Below, piece after piece: positions 19,925-29,881 of a stretch of 64,000 nucleotides of DNA (within the stretch, counting starts at the first letter, position 1; each line of letters starts with the position of its first letter). Both the position numbers and the translations under genes were made by a program. Source of the stretch: a virus. The stretch lies in the IMG/VR virus record IMGVR_UViG_3300009144_000037; one strand, given 5' to 3'. The notes under the pieces are model-generated. The model had not been told where the DNA came from and ran no database searches. It saw nothing but the letters and a program-made list of their open reading frames with translations.

Positions 19925-20414
19925 GATCCATGCTGCCACCCCCGCCGAAGCCCTGAAGGCGATCTCTCGTCAGATCCCGGGCTTCGGCGGGAACGCGATC
20001 ACCGGCCCCCTTCGGGTCAAGGTCGCGGGGCTCGAGACCGTCGAGGAGCTGATCTCGCCCGGCGGTCCGCAGGACCTCCACATCTTCCCGCAGCTCAACG
20101 GCGGCAAGAACGGTGGCTTCTTTCAGATCATCATCGGGGCTGTGCTCGTGGCGGCGAGCTTCGTGACCGGCCCCGTGCTCGGTCCGATCCTCTTGAAGCT
20201 CGGTATCTTGATGGTGCTGGGGGGCATCCTGCAGATGTTCAACACGCCGAAGCGCGACAACAAGGACGCCCCCGAGAAGAAGAACCACTATCTCGGCGCT
20301 CCCAAGAACACGGTCGAGATCGGCACGCGTATTCCGATCCTCTGTGGCCAGGACCGTGTGGGTGGCCACTACTTGTCCTTCCAGATCGACGCCGTCGACA
20401 CCGGAGTCGTCTGA
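19866..20414 (+). CDS. Tail tip assembly protein, lambda gpI-like (ubiquitin-like fold plus TM)
   Basis: IHLHG.L...EA..A, HIFPQLNGG, hydrophobic segment, N....G.RIPILCG. Confidence 0.8.
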   Translation: MLRRIHLHGALKSIHPGILEIHAATPAEALKAISRQIPGFGGNAITGPLRVKVAGLETVEELISPGGPQDLHIFPQLNGGKNGGFFQIIIGAVLVAASFVTGPVLGPILLKLGILMVLGGILQMFNTPKRDNKDAPEKKNHYLGAPKNTVEIGTRIPILCGQDRVGGHYLSFQIDAVDTGVV

Positions 20415-23400
20415 TGGCTCTCGGCTTGAAGGGGCGCAAGGGCTCGACCACGACGAGCCGAAAGGCGACGCGGCACGACGACACCCTGTTCGCGACCGAC
20501 ACCGTCGAGCTGTTGCTCGCGATCTCGGAGGGGCCGATCGACGGCTTCGTGGATGGGGCGGCGAGCTTCTACGTCGGCGACGTCCCTCTGCTCGACAAGG
20601 GCAGCAACACCCCGAACATCTCGAACTTCGAGCTGCGCATGCTGCGCGGCACGAACCCGGCCGACAGCATCCGGCTCAACCTCGGCGGATTGTCGTCGTC
20701 GAAGAACGTCGGCTTGGAGCTGCGCACCGCTGGGCAGGCGATCGTCACGCAGGGCGACAAGACCCAGATCGACTACATCGACATTCGCATCGTCGTGCAG
20801 CAGCTGCTGTCGCTCTCGGCGGAAGGCGGCGAGTTCCCGACCGGTGTCGAGTTCAAGATCGAGATCAAGCCGCGCTCGGCCTCGACCTGGCAGATCCCCT
20901 TCGACAACCAGCCCCCTCCCCCCGTCGAGAACACGTCGGGTGCCTCGAACTATCGTCCGGGTGCGTCGACCCCGGGCACGGTGATCAACGACAGCTACCG
21001 GGAGACCTACGTCTCGCCTGGTACCGCCACGCAGCCCGTGCCCAAGGCAACCGGTGCGATGTGGTTCCTGTCGGACCTCACGCCCTGGAGCCCGCGCATC
21101 TGGAACGGCACGTCCTGGCAGGTCCCGAACGGTTTGGCCTCCGGGAGCCGCAGCGGGTACGCGATCTGGACCTGGACCGACTACGACGGCGCTTCGCGGA
21201 CCGCTTGGTATAGCCCCAGCGGCACCGCGCCGCCGCCGGGAACCTTAGGCGTGGGCGACTTCCTGCTCACGCCGCAGTCCGGCGAGCAGGTCTACGCCTT
21301 CAACGACACGTCGTGGGTCTCGACCAAGCAGTTCGACACGCCGGCCATCGCGGCCCCGGGCGTGATCCAGATCGCCGGTCTGACTCGGTCGCCCTACCCC
21401 AAAGACTATCGGATCCCGGTCGCGCGGATCAACGAGCCCTATGACGTCCGCCTGACCCGCATCAGCCCGGTCTCGGACAAGACCGTCGTCCGCAACATCA
21501 CCTTCGAGAGCATCCAGGAGGTGAAGCGAGACGTCGTGTCGTTCCCGGATCTCGCCCTTGCCTGGTTGACGATCAAGGCCACCGACACCTTCACGCAGGT
21601 CCCCGACTTCACCGGCGTCTATCGGGGTATCCGTGTCCCGGTGCCGTCGAACCACGTCTTCAACGAGACGACGAACCTCTCGGAGTTCCCGGGGATCTGG
21701 GACGGCACATTCAAGATCGCCTACACCAACAACCCCTCCTGGCACGCCTACAACTTCATCAAGAACTCTCGGTACGGGAAGAACGCCTACTACCCCGAGG
21801 TCCCCGATCAGTGGGACTTCTATGAGTTCGGCAAGCACTGCTCGGCCCACGGCTTTCGGTTCAACGAGTATATCCAGGACCCTCGTTCCACCAACGAGCT
21901 GATCAACTACATCGTCGGCATCGCCGGCGGTCGATACGTCGACCGCGGCGACGGATACTCGACTGTGATCTGGGACGCGGATGACCAGGTCGCGCAGGCG
22001 ATCTTCGCGCCCGAGAACACAGTCGAGGGGTCGTTCTCCTACTCCTTCACCGACGCGGCCGAGCGGAAGAACGATTTCAAGGTCTCGTTCAAAAACCCGG
22101 GCCTGAACTACCGAGAGGATCGTGTCCGGGTCTACGACCAGAACACGATCGATGTGAACGGCCGCAACGCCGAGGAGTTCGTCGCGGTCGGCTGTCGCGA
22201 TCCCGAGGAGGCCGTGAAGCGCGGCCGGCTGCGGCTCGCCACGTCGCTGACCGAAAAGATCATCGTCTCCTTCAAGACGAACCGGATGGGCCGCTACCTG
22301 CTGCCCTTCCAAGTCATCCTCATCGCCGACGATCAGTCGACCAACGTCATCTCCGGCCGGGTCAAGAACTCGGCGGCGCTGCCAACCGGGACCTCGGTCC
22401 TGCCGCTGCGCGACCAGATCTATCTCGAGGCGGGGGTTTCCTACTCGATCCAGTTCACCCTCTCGAACGGGAATGGGGGTCTGAAGGTCGTCACATACCC
22501 GCTCACGGTGGCGACCCCTGGCCTGCAGAGCCAGCTGCAGCTCTCGCAGGCCCTCTCGGAGCCGCTGCCCGAGTACGCCGTCTTCTCGATCGGTGCCCCC
22601 AAGCCGTTCCGCATCGTCTCCATCACGCAGGACAAGGACGAGCCCGACCAGATCGAGATCACGGCGATCGAGGTCAATCGCCTGAAGTGGGCCTTCGTGG
22701 ACGGAACGGTGGAGCTGCGCGATCTCGTAGCGCTCCAGACCGGCCCCCTCTCCCGCTATGTCTACCCGGTCACCGGCGCCCAGATCGTGCCGGAGATCAC
22801 TGCGGACGGACGCTACAACCTGCTCGCCACCTGGAACCCGACCGAGACCAAGCTCAACCGCGGTTACCGGGTCTACCAGTCCTTCAATCAGGGGCCGATG
22901 AGCCTCGTCGCCGAGCCCAGCGACACGCTCTACCGGATCGAGTCTCCGGCCGCCGGCACCTACATCTTGTCCATCGTCGCAGTCGGCCTCGATAACGTGA
23001 CCGAGAGCCCGCCGGTCACGGTGAGCTACGTCGTCGCCAGCACGACTTCGATCCGATCGGTCGCGCCGCCGAAGAACCTTCGGCTCGTGAACGAGCCGGC
23101 TGCACCGCTCTTCTACGCCATCAACCCCCAGTTCACCTGGGAGGCAGCGGAAGACCCGCTCGTCATCAAGTACATCGTCGAGGTGCTGAACGGCGCCGGC
23201 GCCGTGCTCTACACCGAGCGCGTCGAGGGGCAGCTCGTCTTCTCCTACACCCTCGCCCAGAACAAGGCCTCGAACGGCGGCGTCGCCCTGCGCGCGTTCA
23301 CGGTTCGCGTTCGCTCGATCGACATGACGGGCTCGTTCTCCGAGCCGGTCACCCTCGCGGTCAATAAGCCGGCTCCCCCTGCCGTCGTGCCCGACCTCCA

Positions 23401-26400
23401 GCCGGCTGGGCTCAGTGTCGTGGTCTCCTACGAGCGCCCTGCCCTGACCACCGACATCGCAGGCGCCCTGGTCTGGATGGAGCAGGCCTCCGGCTACGAC
23501 CCGCTCCAGAAGGTGCCTGCCTATGACGGCGAGCTGAACCCGGTCTTCATCAAGGGCGAGAAGGGCAAGACCTACTACGTCCGGGTGGCCCTTTACGACA
23601 GCTACGGCAAGTCAGGGCTCAATATCTCGGCCGAGAAGTCGATCAGCATTGGCACGGACCTGATCGATACCGTCGCGCCCATCATTCCAGACGCACCGAG
23701 CCTCAGCACCACGCTCGACAAGAGCGTGGATGGCAAAGTCTCGGCCTCGGTCACGGCGACCTGGGCAGCAAGCCCCTCGACGAACTTCGGACGTTTCGAG
23801 GTCCGCTTCCGAGAGACGGCAACCGGCAACTGGGGGCCTGCCGAGAACGTGGGCGCCGGCCTGGCGATCACGAAGCGCAACCTTCTGCCGGGTACGGTCT
23901 ACCAGGCTCAGCTGCGTGCCGTGAACCAGGACGGCTTCGCTGCCTCCGGGTGGTCGGCAACCGCGGAGATCACCTCGGCCGCCAACACGGCCCCGCCCGG
24001 AGCAATCACGGGGCTCGTGGCGGTCGGGGGCTTCGAGCGTGCCTACCTGTCCTGGAGCAATCCCACGGACAACGACCTGAGCTATCTCGAGGTCTACGCC
24101 GGCACCTCGAACGTGTTCGCCAACGCGACGCGGATCGCGACGCTCAGCCCGCGCGACACGACCTATCAGGATCCGCTGTCGACGACCGGGACCAAGTTCT
24201 ACTGGGTCCGTCCGTTCAACAGCTCGAAGGTCGGCTCGACCTCTATCACGGGACCCGTCAGCGCCACCTCGGTGGCCTTGGTCGGCGCTCAGATCGGCGC
24301 CGGGATCATCGATCAGACGAAGGTCGCATCGAGCCTGGCGCTCGTCGAGACGGTGTCTGTGCTCCCCACGACAGGCAACTTCGTCGGTCGGCAGGCCTAC
24401 CTGACCGCGGACAGCAAGCTCTACCGCTTCAGCACCTTAGGTTGGACGAGAGAGGTCGACGGCGCCGACCTCAGGGCAAACTCAATCCTCGCGGGAGCTA
24501 TCGCCGCCGGAGCCGTCAAGGCCGCTCAGCTCGATGCGGGCGCAGTCACCGCTTCCAAGCTCGCCATCCAGTCGGCCAACCAGTTCTTCAACGGTGACCT
24601 CGCGCAGGGCATGCGCGGCTTCGCCGTGGCCTACAAGACAATCACGATCCCGACCGGGGTCCAGGTTGGCCCGTCCGTCTGGGGGCCTGATGGTCTCCCG
24701 AAGCAGCTGCAGCTCTATGCGACTGGCACACCGTCCTCCGGTCAGGTGATGGATGCGGACTGCTATCGCATCGACGGGAACGGCAACAACACCTTCTACA
24801 GCGTTACGGGAGGCCAGACCTACGAGTTCTCGGCCGCCGTCTCCGCGCATCGGTCCTCTGCGCTCTGCTACATCTCTTGGCTTGACGCCAGCCAGAACTT
24901 CATCTCGCAGCCCGCCAGCGCGACGGTCTACAATAATCAGTCGACGGGCGGCCCTATCTCGACGTTCCAGCGCGTCGGCCTGATCGCTGTTGCGCCCTCC
25001 AACGCTGTCTACGCGAAGCCGAGCTTCCGCCTGATCGCGGACGGAACAGTCAATCCCATCGTCTTCGTCTCGGCGATCATGTGGGCGGGGGCTCGTACCG
25101 GCCAAACCGAGCTGAGCCCCTACGTCGACCCCACCGTCACAGCGATCGACGGCGCCAACCTCTTCACCGGCTCGCTCAACGCCAACCGCATCATCGCGGG
25201 CAGCATGACGACCGACCGCTTCACGGCGGGGACCATCGATGCTGCGATTATTGTCGCTGGCTCGATCAAGGTCGGCATGCTCGACGCGAGCGTGCTGACC
25301 GCGGCCAACATCACGGTTTCGGGCGCGACGCGGCTTTCCTCCTGGCTTGGTGGCACGGACACGACCAAGATCAACGGTGGCGCTATCGAGGCGAACTCGA
25401 TCCGGACCAACAGTATCCAGATTGGCGCTCGGGGTATTAGCGTCGTCGGCATCGAGTTCCAGATGGGACGAGATGGCAACGGGAACCTGACCAACACTAT
25501 CCAGTGGACCGCTGGGTACGTTCTCTACATAAACGATAGTGGTGTGGTCGCCAGCGCGCAGATTAGCGCTGGTAGTGTGCCTACGGGCGGCGGGTTCTAC
25601 TACATTTTCTGGCAGAAGGGTGCAGGCGTCTTCATTGCCGCCGACACTAACAGCTACCCGAGCTACCTGTCCAACCCCGACCTCGTCCTCATGGCCAGCA
25701 CCGGGAGTGCGACGGGTCTTGCCGTCTTCTACGGCGGCACGGTGATCGATGGTACCAAGATCACGACTTTGTCGATCACGGCTGCGCAGATTGCCGCGAA
25801 CCAGATCCAGACGCAGCACATGCAGGCGAACTCGATCCAGGGCGACCGGATCGCAGCCGGCTCCCTGGTTGCCGAGAAGATCGCATCGGGCACCATCACG
25901 GCTGCGATCGTCTACATTGGCAACGACCGGATGTACCTTCAGAACTCCAACGGTCCTCGCCTGATGGTCTACGACACCAACGGTGTGAACCGGGTGGCGA
26001 TGGGCGAGTTGAGCGGCAACGGAAGCAACGTCTACGGCGCAATTTTCCGCAATGCGCAGAACCAGATCGTGATGGACACGACGGGCCTCGGGGGTGCGGG
26101 CATCGGCGTTCCCGGCACGGGTCTGCTGGCCTCGGGCGGCAGCGCCAATGTCCTCGACAACGCCACGTTCGACCTCGGCACGGCCGGCTGGCTGAACTAC
26201 TCGAACACGACCATCGCAGGTTATGGCATCGACCTGAGTGCGTCCTACGCGCTCTCGAACGGGCACACCTACTGGCTCGGGGGCGCCAACGGCGACAACG
26301 GCGCCGTCTACATCGTTTATGCCAACCGGGCCGATGGTCGGATTTACTACCCGGCCACGCCGAACCAACGTTGGGAAGCTTCTGCCTGGCTGAACCCTCA

Positions 26401-26908
26401 TCGCTGCAGCGCTCGCGTCGTCATCGCGTTCATGGACGGTAACGGAAACGCTCTCACGACGGTGGCGTCGAGCAACGTCGTCAACAATGACAGTAACGGC
26501 AGCGACCTGACAGGCTACAAGCGTGTGGGCTGCTTCGCTCTGGCGCCCGGCGGCACGGTGTTCGTTCGCATCCAGATAGAGGCCTACGCCAATGGACAGG
26601 GAAGTCCCTATCTTTTCTTCACCCAGCCCCACCTCGGCGTCGCGCTGCCGAACCAGGCCGAGCTGAGCCCCTGGTCGCCGGGCGGCGGCCAGATGGCGAA
26701 GCTCAACTCTGGCAACATCGGCGTCTATATGGCGGCCGCGACCATTGGCGACGCGCAGGTCGGCACGCTCTCGGCGAACAAGATCTCGGTCAATCAGCTC
26801 TCGGCCTTCACCGTCGACCTCGGTGAGGTCACGGCGGGTCGGGCGCGCTCGGGTGATAGCAAGTTCGTGATCGACTTCAACGCCCGCTACCTCGCCATCT
26901 GGGACTGA
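20414..26908 (+). CDS. Tip attachment/central tail fibre protein, lambda gpJ-like, with FN3 and carbohydrate-binding-like modules
   Basis: 2164 aa; ISEGPIDG start, YTNNPSW, J core, FN3 repeats, two CBM-like copies. Confidence 0.9.
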   Translation: MALGLKGRKGSTTTSRKATRHDDTLFATDTVELLLAISEGPIDGFVDGAASFYVGDVPLLDKGSNTPNISNFELRMLRGTNPADSIRLNLGGLSSSKNVGLELRTAGQAIVTQGDKTQIDYIDIRIVVQQLLSLSAEGGEFPTGVEFKIEIKPRSASTWQIPFDNQPPPPVENTSGASNYRPGASTPGTVINDSYRETYVSPGTATQPVPKATGAMWFLSDLTPWSPRIWNGTSWQVPNGLASGSRSGYAIWTWTDYDGASRTAWYSPSGTAPPPGTLGVGDFLLTPQSGEQVYAFNDTSWVSTKQFDTPAIAAPGVIQIAGLTRSPYPKDYRIPVARINEPYDVRLTRISPVSDKTVVRNITFESIQEVKRDVVSFPDLALAWLTIKATDTFTQVPDFTGVYRGIRVPVPSNHVFNETTNLSEFPGIWDGTFKIAYTNNPSWHAYNFIKNSRYGKNAYYPEVPDQWDFYEFGKHCSAHGFRFNEYIQDPRSTNELINYIVGIAGGRYVDRGDGYSTVIWDADDQVAQAIFAPENTVEGSFSYSFTDAAERKNDFKVSFKNPGLNYREDRVRVYDQNTIDVNGRNAEEFVAVGCRDPEEAVKRGRLRLATSLTEKIIVSFKTNRMGRYLLPFQVILIADDQSTNVISGRVKNSAALPTGTSVLPLRDQIYLEAGVSYSIQFTLSNGNGGLKVVTYPLTVATPGLQSQLQLSQALSEPLPEYAVFSIGAPKPFRIVSITQDKDEPDQIEITAIEVNRLKWAFVDGTVELRDLVALQTGPLSRYVYPVTGAQIVPEITADGRYNLLATWNPTETKLNRGYRVYQSFNQGPMSLVAEPSDTLYRIESPAAGTYILSIVAVGLDNVTESPPVTVSYVVASTTSIRSVAPPKNLRLVNEPAAPLFYAINPQFTWEAAEDPLVIKYIVEVLNGAGAVLYTERVEGQLVFSYTLAQNKASNGGVALRAFTVRVRSIDMTGSFSEPVTLAVNKPAPPAVVPDLQPAGLSVVVSYERPALTTDIAGALVWMEQASGYDPLQKVPAYDGELNPVFIKGEKGKTYYVRVALYDSYGKSGLNISAEKSISIGTDLIDTVAPIIPDAPSLSTTLDKSVDGKVSASVTATWAASPSTNFGRFEVRFRETATGNWGPAENVGAGLAITKRNLLPGTVYQAQLRAVNQDGFAASGWSATAEITSAANTAPPGAITGLVAVGGFERAYLSWSNPTDNDLSYLEVYAGTSNVFANATRIATLSPRDTTYQDPLSTTGTKFYWVRPFNSSKVGSTSITGPVSATSVALVGAQIGAGIIDQTKVASSLALVETVSVLPTTGNFVGRQAYLTADSKLYRFSTLGWTREVDGADLRANSILAGAIAAGAVKAAQLDAGAVTASKLAIQSANQFFNGDLAQGMRGFAVAYKTITIPTGVQVGPSVWGPDGLPKQLQLYATGTPSSGQVMDADCYRIDGNGNNTFYSVTGGQTYEFSAAVSAHRSSALCYISWLDASQNFISQPASATVYNNQSTGGPISTFQRVGLIAVAPSNAVYAKPSFRLIADGTVNPIVFVSAIMWAGARTGQTELSPYVDPTVTAIDGANLFTGSLNANRIIAGSMTTDRFTAGTIDAAIIVAGSIKVGMLDASVLTAANITVSGATRLSSWLGGTDTTKINGGAIEANSIRTNSIQIGARGISVVGIEFQMGRDGNGNLTNTIQWTAGYVLYINDSGVVASAQISAGSVPTGGGFYYIFWQKGAGVFIAADTNSYPSYLSNPDLVLMASTGSATGLAVFYGGTVIDGTKITTLSITAAQIAANQIQTQHMQANSIQGDRIAAGSLVAEKIASGTITAAIVYIGNDRMYLQNSNGPRLMVYDTNGVNRVAMGELSGNGSNVYGAIFRNAQNQIVMDTTGLGGAGIGVPGTGLLASGGSANVLDNATFDLGTAGWLNYSNTTIAGYGIDLSASYALSNGHTYWLGGANGDNGAVYIVYANRADGRIYYPATPNQRWEASAWLNPHRCSARVVIAFMDGNGNALTTVASSNVVNNDSNGSDLTGYKRVGCFALAPGGTVFVRIQIEAYANGQGSPYLFFTQPHLGVALPNQAELSPWSPGGGQMAKLNSGNIGVYMAAATIGDAQVGTLSANKISVNQLSAFTVDLGEVTAGRARSGDSKFVIDFNARYLAIWD

Positions 26909-26912
26909 CGCC

Positions 26913-27353
26913 ATGACGATGCGTCTTCTCTGCGGGCGGCACCCGGCGACGGGTGAGACCGGCTTCTGGATTGCGAAGCCAGGCTACGACTGCGTCAACG
27001 ACGATCGCACCGATCGCACCAAGTTCCTGTTCTCCTCCAGCTTCGCGGGCCGCCGGCCGTTCCGCACGCTCGCCAGCGGGCAGACCGCGTCGAACACGCC
27101 GATCTACCTGCCGGGGTCCCTCGCCAGCCTCGGAGGCACGCCGGCCCTCGTCTATCGACCGATGAACAACGCGACGCAGGAGCGGCAGAACAACCTCTAC
27201 GGGACGCAAAACGACGGCGCCGGCAACGCCTTCGCCTACACCGAGTTCTTCAACCGCTTCGTCGACGGCAACCCGGCTCAGTTCCTGATCCTGAACAGCC
27301 AGACGCCCTCCTCGACGGGCTTCCTGCTCCGCTACATGGTCCTGCTTCTCTGA
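26913..27353 (+). CDS. Small tail-tip-associated protein (paralog 1 of 3)
   Basis: FWIAKPGYD N-terminal motif shared with the next gene. Confidence 0.65.
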   Translation: MTMRLLCGRHPATGETGFWIAKPGYDCVNDDRTDRTKFLFSSSFAGRRPFRTLASGQTASNTPIYLPGSLASLGGTPALVYRPMNNATQERQNNLYGTQNDGAGNAFAYTEFFNRFVDGNPAQFLILNSQTPSSTGFLLRYMVLLL

Positions 27354-27730
27354 TGGCCAAGCGCGTCATCATACGGCCCGGCTTCATCCGGGTCTCGCGG
27401 CCGGGCTATGATGTCGACACAGCCTCGGAACGAGACCTCCTGCTGTCGCTCGGAGCACGCAACAACCAGATCATCCAGCGTGGTCAGGCGACGATGACTC
27501 TGGTCAATCAGGCCGGCGCCATCAACACCTACCAGAGTAATGTCTGGTTCCCTACGCAGGCAACAGCCCCGGATTTCTGGTTCGGGATCACGACCAGCGT
27601 GGTGACAAACGATGGAACAACATACACCGTCGTCTCCTATACTGACCATCTATTCGTAGAGGTCAAGGTCGTGAGTGCCACACTGACCACAGTACCATAC
27701 CTGATCTTTCGCAAGAGGCTGTCCGGCTGA
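27353..27730 (+). CDS. Small tail-tip-associated protein (paralog 2 of 3)
   Basis: FIRVSRPGYDV motif; coupled to both neighbours. Confidence 0.65.
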   Translation: MAKRVIIRPGFIRVSRPGYDVDTASERDLLLSLGARNNQIIQRGQATMTLVNQAGAINTYQSNVWFPTQATAPDFWFGITTSVVTNDGTTYTVVSYTDHLFVEVKVVSATLTTVPYLIFRKRLSG

Positions 27731-28164
27731 TGTTCCTCGACATGAACGGCCCCGACTTCTTCCGCGTCCAGAAGGGGGCCAACACGGGCCGCATCAGCGA
27801 CGTCCTCGACCCGGACGTGATGTTCTCCGGCGTCTATGACGACGGACAGGGGCTGTACTTCGAGCAGGCCGTCAGCGCACCCGGTCTGTCGACGAACAGC
27901 TACACCGTATCCTACGGCACGACGTTTGGCGTCACCCCCATCGTGTTCGCGGCGCTCCGGCTCACCCAGAGCGTCGTGCAGGACGGAAAGACCCTCTTCA
28001 ACACCGGAGAGATCATCGCGGCACCCTGCTTCGGGCAATACAATCGCTTCGGTGCGGGTCGCGTCGTCAACTACGGCTTCTACATTGTGACCGGGACAAG
28101 CAACATGACTGTTGTTGTGAACGGCTTCACCGGTACGGCCTACTTGCTCGTGATGGACATCTAA
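27730..28164 (+). CDS. Small tail-tip-associated protein (probable paralog 3)
   Basis: FFRVQKG...DVMFS N-terminus; coupled. Confidence 0.6.
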   Translation: MFLDMNGPDFFRVQKGANTGRISDVLDPDVMFSGVYDDGQGLYFEQAVSAPGLSTNSYTVSYGTTFGVTPIVFAALRLTQSVVQDGKTLFNTGEIIAAPCFGQYNRFGAGRVVNYGFYIVTGTSNMTVVVNGFTGTAYLLVMDI

Positions 28165-28165
28165 G

Positions 28166-28891
28166 ATGATCGTATCCTATGACAACGTGACCCGAGCCAT
28201 CGTTGGCACTGCCGAGACCGTCAACGTCGAGGGACTCAAGACTGTTCTCACGCAGCGGGGGGTTCCTCACCTGGAGTGGCAGGGTGCTCTGCCGGACACC
28301 ATCGAGCGGCTGTGGGTGACGCCCGGCGGCGGGCTCGCCCTGCGCGAGCCGATGCCCTTCCCGGTGCCGGCCGACCTGGCGCTCGCCGCCCCCTACACTG
28401 TGGCCCTGCCGGCCGGCGCCCCTGCCGGTGCCGTCTGCGAGCCCGCCGCCGGCACCGTGCTCGGCTCTGGGCTGCACGCGGTGGTGGTTCGGGCACCAGG
28501 GTTCCACGACGCGCGCTATGCCGTCGAGGTTCATACGCCCGAGGACGAGCAGGCCCGGCTCATCGCAATCGCCGAGGATCTTCGCTGGCGCCGCGAGACG
28601 GGCGGCACGGTTTGGGACGGACACCCGGTCTACACCGACGATCGGGCAAAAACCCTCATCATGGGCTCGGTGATGAGCGCGCAGCTCGACCCGACCTACC
28701 GGACCACCTGGCAGTTCCGCGATGGGACCTCGCAAGAGCTGGGAGCGGCTGAGATCGTTGCGCTGGGCCGCGCCCTCGGCGCGCACGTCGCAGCCGCCTT
28801 CGCGGTCTTCAAGGATGTCAAGTCCGACATCCTGAACAACACGATCACAACGGAAGAACAGATCGAGGATCGGTTCGTAGCGTCGGACTGA
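28166..28891 (+). CDS. DUF4376-type tail fibre assembly-like protein
   Basis: C-terminal RWRRETGG...TDDRAK...W...DG...L.A.EI.ALG.A...HV...F pattern. Confidence 0.75.
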   Translation: MIVSYDNVTRAIVGTAETVNVEGLKTVLTQRGVPHLEWQGALPDTIERLWVTPGGGLALREPMPFPVPADLALAAPYTVALPAGAPAGAVCEPAAGTVLGSGLHAVVVRAPGFHDARYAVEVHTPEDEQARLIAIAEDLRWRRETGGTVWDGHPVYTDDRAKTLIMGSVMSAQLDPTYRTTWQFRDGTSQELGAAEIVALGRALGAHVAAAFAVFKDVKSDILNNTITTEEQIEDRFVASD

Positions 28892-28909
28892 TCCAGTGCC
28901 AGAACTCTT

Positions 28910-28926
28910 CCCATAAGAGATAGGGG
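28910..28926. promoter_or_regulatory. Box B operator candidate CCCATA-N5-TAGGGG
   Basis: Shares TCTTCCCATA and TAGGGG, at identical spacing, with 10365-10385. Confidence 0.65.
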
Positions 28927-28965
28927 AAGTCTATCGGCTGCTAGTAGGGGCGCCTATATCTGGGC

Positions 28966-29148
28966 ATGCCCCGCGGGAAAGCCATCATGACCTACGGCAC
29001 GCAGTCGGATCGACTGCGTGTTGCGGCTATGGCGAAGCTGAAGAAGCTCTCGATCAGCGAGTATCTTCTTCAGTTTATCCGGGACGACTACCGCGCCGTC
29101 TACGGCGAGACGCCCCCGGAGAAGCTCGATGCCCGCGTCCAGTGCTGA
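28966..29148 (+). CDS. Small ribbon-helix-helix-like DNA-binding protein
   Basis: 60 aa; IMTYG-helix-KLSISEYLLQFI RHH signature; overlaps the endolysin start. Confidence 0.6.
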   Translation: MPRGKAIMTYGTQSDRLRVAAMAKLKKLSISEYLLQFIRDDYRAVYGETPPEKLDARVQC

Positions 29149-29878
29149 GCGCCTCGAGCGCTGTCTCCCCTACATCTTCGAGGGCGAAGGCGGCTACACG
29201 GCGAACCCGAAGGATCCGGGCAACTGGACCGGGGGCAAGGTCGGCAAGGGGACCCTGAAGGGTACCAAGTTCGGCATCGCGGCCAACTCCTTCCCGGACC
29301 TCGACATCAAGAACCTGACCAAGGCCCAGGCCGCGGAGATCTATCGGTCTCGCTACTGGGACCAGGCCGGGTGTCAGCTCCTGCCCGATGGCGTGGACCT
29401 GCCGATCTTCGACGTCTCGGTGAACTCCGGCCCCGGGCGGGCGAACACCTTTCGCAAGGCCACCGAGGCCGTGATCGAGGCTGTCGCCCGCATCAAGGCG
29501 ATCTCGGGCAAGCGCCGCGCCTTCTACCAGGGGCTGTCGACGTTCAAGACGTTCGGCAAGGGCTGGCTCGCTCGCGTCTCGAAGATCGAGGCCGCCGCGA
29601 TCAAGATGGCGCTCGCTGCCGCCGGCGCGAGTCCGGTGCTCGTCGCCAAGCAGCTGCAGGCCGAGGCCGGGCTGTCCCAGACCAAGGTCAAGCAGGGCAC
29701 CGTCGCTGCGACCGGTACGACCGCCACGGGTGGCGCCGTCGCCTCGCAGGGCACCGACTGGCTGCAGATCGGGCTCGCCGTGGCCGTCGTCGCCGTGGCG
29801 GTGCTGATCGCCCTCCATTTCATCCGCGCCCACGGGGAGCGCGCTCAGGCCTTCCAGGCCGAGGCACTGAAGGTCTGA
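29129..29878 (+). CDS. Endolysin, GH108 N-acetylmuramidase with C-terminal TM segment
   Basis: EGGY.ANPKDPGNWT, TKFGI, DVSVNSGPGRA, FGKGWLARV; C-terminal WLQIGLAVAVVAVAVLIALHF. Confidence 0.9.
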   Translation: MPASSAERLERCLPYIFEGEGGYTANPKDPGNWTGGKVGKGTLKGTKFGIAANSFPDLDIKNLTKAQAAEIYRSRYWDQAGCQLLPDGVDLPIFDVSVNSGPGRANTFRKATEAVIEAVARIKAISGKRRAFYQGLSTFKTFGKGWLARVSKIEAAAIKMALAAAGASPVLVAKQLQAEAGLSQTKVKQGTVAATGTTATGGAVASQGTDWLQIGLAVAVVAVAVLIALHFIRAHGERAQAFQAEALKV

Positions 29879-29881
29879 GCC

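Noticed and set aside
24482-26914. 810-aa minus strand ORF
   Set aside because: Antisense shadow of gpJ
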